46,544 nucleotides of DNA from the IMG/VR virus record IMGVR_UViG_3300025035_001128; one strand, given 5' to 3'. Position 1 is the first letter of the stretch. Each line of letters begins with the position of its first letter. A program made the position numbers and the translations under genes. This stretch comes from a virus. The notes under the pieces were generated by a model. The model ran no database searches and was not told the origin of the DNA. It saw nothing but the letters and a program-made list of their open reading frames with translations. This document shows positions 39,794 through 46,544 of the stretch, piece after piece.

Positions 39794-40477
39794 TTATTTT
39801 CTACCGTAATCAGCAGGAATCTCACCCCATTGTTTTGTTTCCCATTTTAAAATTTCACCATCAGATATTAATTGTTGGTTTTCATTTAAAAACTTTTCTG
39901 CCTTGCTGATTAAGTCATCTAATTCATGTGTGGCTTTTCCTGTCTGATTAGCTGTTGTATTCGCTTTGCACTTACGACACCAAGCCATTGCTGTGACTGA
40001 ATCTGTATAAATCTTAATTGGCAAACCTTTATCTTTTAAATATTTAATAGAAAAAACTAAGCCTAAAAATTCAGCAATATTATTTGTTCCACCTTGATAT
40101 ACCTTTGATGAAAAAGCCCTTTCATTACTAGGATGCCACACTGCTTGAAACTCACAATTTAAACCATTAGATGCTCCATCTACAGTTAAAAAACCATCTA
40201 GTGGAACATTTTCTTGTTCCATACTTTTTACTTTTGTTATTTCTTCTTTTTTTGTTGAGCTTGAATTTTTACCATAATATCCAGAATTAAACTCAATTAA
40301 TGCTTGCTCTTTTGTAGGTGAAATTAACTTTTTGTATTGTGCTCCAGCAAATTTTTCTGTTTGCAATTTACAATCATTCCAATTGTCGTATACACCTGTA
40401 ACTCTACCAACCCAAACACCATAAAATTGTGCCATAATTAACTCACTATAAATAATATAGGGTAAATTATAGCTCAT
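39794..40477 (-). CDS. rnhA: RNase H1 with N-terminal hybrid-binding (viroplasmin-like) domain
   Basis: FYGVWVGRVTGVYDNWNDCK..F.GA.YK, TVDGAS, NNIAEFLG, YTDS, WGEIPADYGRK. Confidence 0.9.
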   Translation of the reverse strand: MSYNLPYIIYSELIMAQFYGVWVGRVTGVYDNWNDCKLQTEKFAGAQYKKLISPTKEQALIEFNSGYYGKNSSSTKKEEITKVKSMEQENVPLDGFLTVDGASNGLNCEFQAVWHPSNERAFSSKVYQGGTNNIAEFLGLVFSIKYLKDKGLPIKIYTDSVTAMAWCRKCKANTTANQTGKATHELDDLISKAEKFLNENQQLISDGEILKWETKQWGEIPADYGRK

Positions 40478-40514
40478 TTTTTATTTTTTGTCACTTAATT
40501 TAAAGCAACAGTTA

Positions 40515-40770
40515 TCATGGAAACCCATCATGTATCACACCATCCAAATAGCGACCACATGCTTTTTTACCAATATGAAACATAACTGTATCTACAAATT
40601 TACCATCAGGTTTACGACCATCAATTTCAACATAATGAATCTTGTTTTTACGTTCTTCATCCTCATTCAATTCAACATAAGCCCACTCTCCCCATTGTTT
40701 AAACAAAAATGGAACTCCGGCCTCATTACATTGATTTCTTAAGCTACGCCCCCAGCTTGGATTAAAGATT
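40515..40770 (-). pseudogene. C-terminal remnant of a phage Gp37/Gp68 (DUF5131)-like gene
   Basis: RSLRNQCNEAGVPFLFKQWGEW...GKKACGRYLDGVIHDGFP; N-terminal part missing. Confidence 0.7.
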
Positions 40771-40853
40771 TAATAGAAAGCCCCACAAAAATCAACAATA
40801 TTTCGGCTGTGCTTGTTTATTTAATGGCTTATTTGGAGTCGTTGATGATTTGT

Positions 40854-41414
40854 TTAAGGAATAATTGATTTTACTTTAATTGAAATAGGCTTAATACTTC
40901 CCAATTTCCCCCAAGTTATATCATAGGCATTAAACCCAATATGATAAACATAATTAAAAGCATGTAATCTTTCAACAAAATCCATCGGAACCATACTTTT
41001 TGTTTCATTAATAATATATTTCCACAAATCAGGATCTAAATCTTCCCAATCGGCTTCGTTATTTTTTTCATTAGTTAATTTTAAAGAACCAATTTTTGCC
41101 GCAAGTCGCAAGATTGCATGTCCTTCATCAACTCCTTTTTCTTCTCCCCAAAATTCTTTAATTGAAGAATTCTTGTTAATTTGTTTCCATACTGTGTGTT
41201 TTGAAAAATCAATTGTCATTCCAAGGGTTTTTGCTAGATTGTATTTTGCACTAATATTGGTTAGAGGATTCCACCAATCACTTCCAACTGCACCATTTGG
41301 TGCAATCCCACAACTCACTGTGTCATTACTATCTTTCCAATGTTGATATTCTCCTTTTATTCCAGCCGCATTAGCTGCTAGTTCTAAAAGTTCTTTATTA
41401 ACTTGATTAATCAT
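40854..41414 (-). CDS. phage hypothetical protein (ELLELAA..AG...WNPL family)
   Basis: motif shared with small proteobacterial phage proteins (from memory). Confidence 0.6.
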   Translation of the reverse strand: MINQVNKELLELAANAAGIKGEYQHWKDSNDTVSCGIAPNGAVGSDWWNPLTNISAKYNLAKTLGMTIDFSKHTVWKQINKNSSIKEFWGEEKGVDEGHAILRLAAKIGSLKLTNEKNNEADWEDLDPDLWKYIINETKSMVPMDFVERLHAFNYVYHIGFNAYDITWGKLGSIKPISIKVKSIIP

Positions 41415-41462
41415 AATAGCCCTTCCACAAAATTGTGTTGGTTTCTTAATTAGAAATTTAAT

Positions 41463-41612
41463 TTATTCAAAATCTTTTTTCTTATTTCCGTTTGCACGAG
41501 ATTGATGATGAAAATCTTGTTTTTTATTTTTACGATTTTTACAAATCCCATCATCAAATGCACGATTTTGCTTTTTTGTTTTAACGAATGATTCTGTATA
41601 AGATTGGTTCAT
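41463..41612 (-). CDS. small basic protein (not in ORF track)
   Basis: 49 aa MNQSYTESFVKTKKQNRAFDDG... Confidence 0.4.
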   Translation of the reverse strand: MNQSYTESFVKTKKQNRAFDDGICKNRKNKKQDFHHQSRANGNKKKDFE

Positions 41613-41743
41613 TTTGTTTAATTACTTTGTTTGTTGCGATAAATCTATTATAGCATCTTTTTTACATAATTTTTCTTCTTAGATTAATTTAGATAGTTTA
41701 TTTTCTTGATATTTCTCACACTTATTAATATAGTCTAGATTGA

Positions 41744-41962
41744 TTAGTTTAAATCAGCACATTCATCATACTCAAAAAATTCTCTAATTTTATTTCCAGG
41801 AGATGTATCGAAATGTTCTATATCAATTTGAATACATTTTTCAATAATTAACATTGCAAAATTTTCCATCATTGCTACGTATCTAGGTCCCAAATCTTCA
41901 AATGGTTGTAGTCCTGCGCGGGTTGCAATATCTATAAGTTGTTTATTTACAATATTCTCCAA
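41744..41962 (-). CDS. hypothetical protein
   Basis: 72-aa ORF. Confidence 0.55.
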   Translation of the reverse strand: MENIVNKQLIDIATRAGLQPFEDLGPRYVAMMENFAMLIIEKCIQIDIEHFDTSPGNKIREFFEYDECADLN

Positions 41963-42175
41963 TAATTTATATTATTTATTATTTTTATTTACTTATTTAG
42001 TTTTTCTTGATATTTTCTATGTTCTATAATGGCATTCTCTATTTTCCATTTCCCAAGCTCAAGGAATTTTATTGCTTCTTTTTCTGAAGCACCTGTTCTG
42101 AGACAAAACTATATTACATTAGCTTTGTTTTTTTCATTAGTTGTTCCTAACTATCACTATGGCTAACTTTAATTT

Positions 42176-42589
42176 TTAGTTAATATATTGATAAGGCTTA
42201 TCCCAATTACCAACATTAATTGAAAGATACCAACCAATATCAAAACAATCGCTTTGGATGTCGCTGTTATCATGGTTTCCAAGATTCATTGCTTCTTTCA
42301 AATCCATCATAAAATCTAATGCTGTTTCACTATAATTTTCTTTAATTGAAAATTCGTTAACTTGCATGTAAGTTGGCTTAACTTTATTCTTATCATAATA
42401 TGATTTTGGCTTTTTAATGGCAATATCATACATATTCCCAATTAGATCAATTTTGCCAGATTTGATGTTGCACACAAGTGTTGAATGATTTTTCACACCA
42501 ATTGTTCCTTTCATTCCGTACTTTTTTAGCACTTCCTTGATAGCAGGAGCAAGTTTTGCCTTAGTTTCTTGTGACATGTATGCCATCAT
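42176..42589 (-). CDS. conserved phage protein (LPD29-like, from memory)
   Basis: MAYMSQE.K..LAPAIK.VLKKY; NHDNSDIQSDCFDIGWY; own -10 and AAGGA. Confidence 0.6.
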   Translation of the reverse strand: MMAYMSQETKAKLAPAIKEVLKKYGMKGTIGVKNHSTLVCNIKSGKIDLIGNMYDIAIKKPKSYYDKNKVKPTYMQVNEFSIKENYSETALDFMMDLKEAMNLGNHDNSDIQSDCFDIGWYLSINVGNWDKPYQYIN

Positions 42590-42764
42590 TTTTCCTTGGT
42601 GTGTTTCTATGTGTTTATTATACTATACTTTTTTATAGTTTTTATTTATTTCCAATTATCTTTTTAATAGCATCAGGTAGATAGTCTCTCATTTTACTAT
42701 TTTTTTTGATTTAAAAAATATTTTTTGATATAATTACATTAGCCTAATAAAAAGATAATTACAA

Positions 42765-43871
42765 ATGAATGTTCATTCTAAATTTAATAATAAACTACTA
42801 GATTTCCTTAGCCGCAGTAATATAGGAGTTTTATATTTTTTTAAAAATGATACTGAACATTTATTTGTTGGTTCTATATATAGTGAACAATTTAAATCTT
42901 TTTTACCTCATCCTGAGTGTTTCAGTATTCAAAATAAATCTAGTGATTTTTTGTTTTCTAACTTAGATATTAATAAATCTTTATTTGAACAAAAAACTAA
43001 TTCAGGTAAAATTTTCAAACTTGGATTTGAAAATTCATTAATTCAGCCATTTATTAATAGTGTCTTAAATTCAGATGATACTGAAATTAAAGATTATTTA
43101 ATTGATAATGCTCACCTTATTGGTAGAAAAGATTTATTTTTATATAATGCAGATACGCCTAAGTCTTTAATAAGTATAATGAAAATGAAACATATTGATA
43201 CTAATGATTCAGGTAATAAAATATATAGAGCAAATGTTCTTAGTCTTCCTTTGTTTAATGTTGTTTTAGCTAAACTTAAATCAACGGATATAGATTTTAC
43301 TTCTCAGTTGAAATGTTTTTTAACTCCATATATTAATAATTTTAAGAAAGAAGAATATTCTAGTACAATTATTCTTTTAATTAAAGATAAGTTTCCTTTA
43401 CAAGTTGAAGAGTTTAAAAATTTTTTAAACATAAATAAAAAACCTAATTCTCTTATAAATATAAGCACCTCTCTCGTTTCTATTCAATATTCTAAAAAAG
43501 AACTATATAATTTGGCTAAAGTTAATAAAGTTATTAATAAAGACCAATTTTGGAATACTTTTAAATTAGTTGAAACTTTTTTGAATAAAAATAAAAAAGA
43601 AATTGGAATTAATTATGTTATTATTAATGGATATAAGGATACTGATGATTCTTTCAATATAATTATTGAAAAAAATGAAAAATTTAAAATTAGTAATTTA
43701 ATGACCAGTACTTTTTTATTGAAGGTTTACACTTTGTTTTTTGGTCATGAAAAATCATATAAATTAAATAAGTTAGATATAGATAATGGATTGTCTATTT
43801 TTAGGTATGTATCACTTAATAGTAATATGGATAACAATAATTCTAATCCTAAGATAATAGTTAAAATTTAA
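42765..43871 (+). CDS. hypothetical protein
   Basis: 368 aa, TGATATAAT upstream. Confidence 0.75.
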   Translation: MNVHSKFNNKLLDFLSRSNIGVLYFFKNDTEHLFVGSIYSEQFKSFLPHPECFSIQNKSSDFLFSNLDINKSLFEQKTNSGKIFKLGFENSLIQPFINSVLNSDDTEIKDYLIDNAHLIGRKDLFLYNADTPKSLISIMKMKHIDTNDSGNKIYRANVLSLPLFNVVLAKLKSTDIDFTSQLKCFLTPYINNFKKEEYSSTIILLIKDKFPLQVEEFKNFLNINKKPNSLINISTSLVSIQYSKKELYNLAKVNKVINKDQFWNTFKLVETFLNKNKKEIGINYVIINGYKDTDDSFNIIIEKNEKFKISNLMTSTFLLKVYTLFFGHEKSYKLNKLDIDNGLSIFRYVSLNSNMDNNNSNPKIIVKI

Positions 43872-43951
43872 AATTTAAATATTTTATTCTTCAAAGTGTT
43901 TTTTTATTACAACCCACACTTTTGATTTTTTTTAAAAGCAAAATTTATATT

Positions 43952-44185
43952 TTATTTCACTGCTAGAATGTCGGCAAGTATTCTTTTTAACTCATCAATG
44001 TTTATTTTTAGCATCTCAATTGTTACATGCCAAGTTTCGTATAGTTTTTGGTATGCATCCATTTCACGAGAAAGTGATTGTTGCATATCACTATAATTTG
44101 CAAGGAGAATATTCTTTCCTGCAATTGTGTTTTCAAGATTTGCAATAACCTTATTTAGTGTCATGTTTTCCCTTTGATTTGCCAC
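43952..44185 (-). CDS. hypothetical coiled-coil protein
   Basis: AAGGG RBS before MTLNK. Confidence 0.6.
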   Translation of the reverse strand: MANQRENMTLNKVIANLENTIAGKNILLANYSDMQQSLSREMDAYQKLYETWHVTIEMLKINIDELKRILADILAVK

Positions 44186-44220
44186 TATTATAACATAATT
44201 AATAGCCTAAATTAGAATTT

Positions 44221-45048
44221 TTACATTTTTGGCTTATGGAGCTTATCTTTTACTTCTACCTCTAATTGAAAACACTTATCGAAACTTATATTTTGAGATA
44301 AATCATATAGTTTACTCATGCCTCTTGGATTGCAGATAACATTTGTTCCTTCTACATTGTAGTTAAATGAACTATGAGTATGACCATGAACCCAATAGTC
44401 ACAGAACCCCATTAATTCTGGTAAGTTATTTACCCAATATGCACTAGTTAGAACATCTTTAAAATGTTTTGACAATGATTCTATATGTGGTGCAAAATGT
44501 GTTACAACAAATTTTGTATTTTCTGTTTCGTTTACCATTAGTTCATATTTAATAAAATTATAACTTTTTATAAATTCAGTTTCCATATCTTTTGGTGTGA
44601 TTGGAATATAGTTATTTTTTTCTATATCTGGATTCTTCTTATATATAGCATTGAAGTCCACAACATTTGTTTTGCACCAGGTCATAACCTCTTCTTTCCA
44701 ATTATAACCTCCACCTTCAAAATTACTCCACAGTGTACTTCCAATGAAATGAATTCCTTCTATATCTATGGATTCATTTTGAAGAACATGTATATTGGGA
44801 AATTCTTTTGTAATCTCTCTAAGTTTATTTATAACATCACTCATGCACTTACCTTCATATTCATGATTCCCTGGAACATAAATTACAGGCATATTTTCTG
44901 GAATATTGTAGTTGAAAAAGTTTGGCAATAAACTAAAGTCTTGGCTTATATCTCCAGCCAAAATTAAAACATCACAAGAAAGTTCTTCTAATTTCATATT
45001 AGAGACTTCTAAATGTAAATCACTTAGTATTCCTATTTTCTTTTTCAT
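44221..45048 (-). CDS. calcineurin-like metallophosphoesterase
   Basis: SDLHLE, LAGDI, PGNHEY, VTHFAP, HGHTH. Confidence 0.92.
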   Translation of the reverse strand: MKKKIGILSDLHLEVSNMKLEELSCDVLILAGDISQDFSLLPNFFNYNIPENMPVIYVPGNHEYEGKCMSDVINKLREITKEFPNIHVLQNESIDIEGIHFIGSTLWSNFEGGGYNWKEEVMTWCKTNVVDFNAIYKKNPDIEKNNYIPITPKDMETEFIKSYNFIKYELMVNETENTKFVVTHFAPHIESLSKHFKDVLTSAYWVNNLPELMGFCDYWVHGHTHSSFNYNVEGTNVICNPRGMSKLYDLSQNISFDKCFQLEVEVKDKLHKPKM

Positions 45049-45104
45049 ATTTTACTTTGTTTTATTATAGTGTAACACATTCAGTTATTTATTCCATACT
45101 TATG

Positions 45105-45635
45105 TTATATGTTATATAAAGTAGAAAACTGTTCATTTATTTTCTCTAATTTTGGTAATATTATACTTTTACTAAAACCATCGTTTGGATTTTTATTATA
45201 ATAGTTACAATCTGATTCTGGTGCAATCTTAAAAGTTTTTTGGTCTGCGATGTATTTTATTAATTTTGTCGTTACATCTGATTCAAATAATTTTTCTTTA
45301 TTTACTTCCTTTATTTTTTCTTCAGCTATAGTTTTTTGCTTATCTGTTTCATAAATTATTGATGAACGATGATAATAAGAAAAGCAATCTTTCTTTATCC
45401 AACTGTTCATTGTTGGATTATGTATGCTATAGAATATATTCAATATTTCTAATAAGCTTATTCCATCTTCATATTCTAATTTTACTGATTCTATTTTGTC
45501 TTCATCTCTAAATTTGAAATCATAATTGTGTAAATGGTAATAACCACTCTCTACACTTAATATTCCATTTATTTTTTGATAGACTGCCTCTAAAGACCAA
45601 AAGCATGTCCCACTCAATATTATTTGTTCTTTCAT
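45105..45635 (-). CDS. msrA: peptide-methionine (S)-S-oxide reductase MsrA-like
   Basis: SGTCFWSLE (compare GGCFWG), SVESGY, ESVKLEY, HNPT, YRS-like SII. Confidence 0.8.
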   Translation of the reverse strand: MKEQIILSGTCFWSLEAVYQKINGILSVESGYYHLHNYDFKFRDEDKIESVKLEYEDGISLLEILNIFYSIHNPTMNSWIKKDCFSYYHRSSIIYETDKQKTIAEEKIKEVNKEKLFESDVTTKLIKYIADQKTFKIAPESDCNYYNKNPNDGFSKSIILPKLEKINEQFSTLYNI

Positions 45636-45717
45636 TTTATCCTCATATATTTTTTTAATTTTAATCTCTTTATTAATTTTGTCAAAAAATTATTTATCTT
45701 TTTTTATTTTTTTATTC

Positions 45718-45746
45718 TTGACAGCAATTTAATATGGGCTTATAAT
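45718..45746 (+). promoter_or_regulatory. consensus sigma70 promoter
   Basis: TTGACA-17 nt-TATAAT, exact. Confidence 0.85.
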
Positions 45747-45778
45747 TCAGTTCCAATTAACTTTTAAAGGATTCTTTC

Positions 45779-45982
45779 ATGGCAACAAAGCAAAAAACCG
45801 CAGTAGCTTCTCCAACTAAATCTACAGGAAATACTATTAATCGCTTTCGTCGTAATGCGGCTACTCGTAAGTGTTTACCAAAACAATTTAAGGTTCTTTT
45901 TGCTGGTGCATCTCGACCTGAGTTTAAGGCTATGTTCCTTGCATGGCAAGATGGTCGCAAGAAAGTTAAAGCTACTGATTAA
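45779..45982 (+). CDS. small basic protein
   Basis: 67 aa, AAGGA RBS, consensus promoter, CGT/GCT-rich codons. Confidence 0.75.
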   Translation: MATKQKTAVASPTKSTGNTINRFRRNAATRKCLPKQFKVLFAGASRPEFKAMFLAWQDGRKKVKATD

Positions 45983-45992
45983 TTTTAATTTT

Positions 45993-46068
45993 CCTAGATT
46001 TTAAAATCTAGGTCTAGTAATTAAACAAAAAATAAGTAATGGATTTATTCTGTTACTTATTTTTTGTT
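45993..46068 (+). terminator. 20-bp palindrome plus a long terminator-like hairpin
   Basis: CCTAGATTTTAAAATCTAGG; AACAAAAAATAAGTAA...TTACTTATTTTTTGTT. Confidence 0.7.
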
Positions 46069-46315
46069 GCTTTAAATTTCATTTAAAAATTTACATAGAA
46101 ATTAATACCTATTATCTAAACATTTAATTTAATTTTGATACTTTTATTTCATTTCCTAATTTTTATTAGCAATCTTTTTTAAAAATATTGTTTATATATT
46201 CCTCAAGTATAAGAATATTTAATTCACTTTCATAAAGAATAAATATTTCTACCTAATGCAAAAAACATATAGGATTATAATTAACATTTCATCCTTAAAG
46301 TATTAGTTAATTTGT

Positions 46316-46491
46316 CTGTGTATATACAAAAAAAATATTTATCTAATTTTGTCTCATAAATCTCGGCATTTTAACCTTATTATTTATGCATATCCTCTGT
46401 ATATATACATTCTTCTTTTTTACAAAAAAAATCTATAATTAAGGAAAGAAATATCTTTATTTTCCTTGCTTTTATTGCTGTATATATACAT
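46316..46491. repeat. three palindromic CTGT(A/G)TATATACA(T/A) sites at exact 81-bp spacing
   Basis: sites begin at 46316, 46397 and 46478. Confidence 0.7.
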
Positions 46492-46544
46492 TTTATTTGC
46501 TTTACATATCTACTATCTTTATGTGACAATGTTTTATATGCCAT

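Noticed and set aside
3742-45960. ORF-track entries 3742-, 8865-, 10707-, 12409-, 14129-, 20035+, 20453+, 20505+, 34902-, 40488+, 44749+ and 45757-
   Set aside because: Each lies antisense to or inside a better-supported gene and lacks an RBS or recognisable motifs
46316-46491. LexA SOS boxes
   Set aside because: Spacing is CTG-N8-CA(T/A) rather than CTG-N10-CAG; kept only as an unexplained phased motif
1-46544. Genome-wide stop-codon reassignment (TAA, TAG or TGA) to explain the interrupted genes
   Set aside because: Intact genes end cleanly in TAA, TAG and TGA (including ATGA and TAATG overlaps), many lesions are frameshifts, and no convincing suppressor tRNA with a TTA or CTA anticodon is present
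1-46544. CRISPR array, DGR or retron
   Set aside because: No 23-50 bp repeat with spacers, no cas genes, no reverse transcriptase and no TR/VR pair seen

Overview
Very AT-rich (about 25% GC by eye) accessory region of what is most likely a giant phage or other large extrachromosomal element. No virion, replication-core or ribosomal genes are visible, so the replicon type is inferred. The window holds dozens of small hypothetical genes, many with their own -10 promoter and RBS. Recognisable accessory enzymes are an SPFH protein, a putative amidoligase, a PAS-GGDEF-EAL protein, an FKBP PPIase, three RNase H-family proteins, an ADP-ribosylglycohydrolase, HAD, 2H and calcineurin-like phosphoesterases, a PTH2-like protein and MsrA. 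There are 12 intact tRNA genes (4x CAT, Tyr-GTA, Leu-CAA, 2x Leu-TAA, 2x Gly-TCC, 2x Arg-TCT) and four degenerate or interrupted tRNA-like genes. Two remnants of a TnpB element both keep the right-end RNA scaffold, and more than ten genes are broken by nonsense codons or frameshifts. The FKBP, GGDEF-EAL and a decayed cytochrome c resemble betaproteobacterial proteins (inference from recalled motifs). The most interesting signals are non-coding: a ~270-nt structured RNA with a pseudoknot and its own promoter and terminator (5350-5623); a ~116-nt structured spacer duplicated in the tRNA array that is far better conserved than its flanking tRNAs; two tRNA-like genes interrupted at the same anticodon-loop position; and dispersed promoter+leader+tRNA(CAT) cassettes. 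All family calls come from motif recognition and all RNA folds are by eye; no database search or folding program was run.
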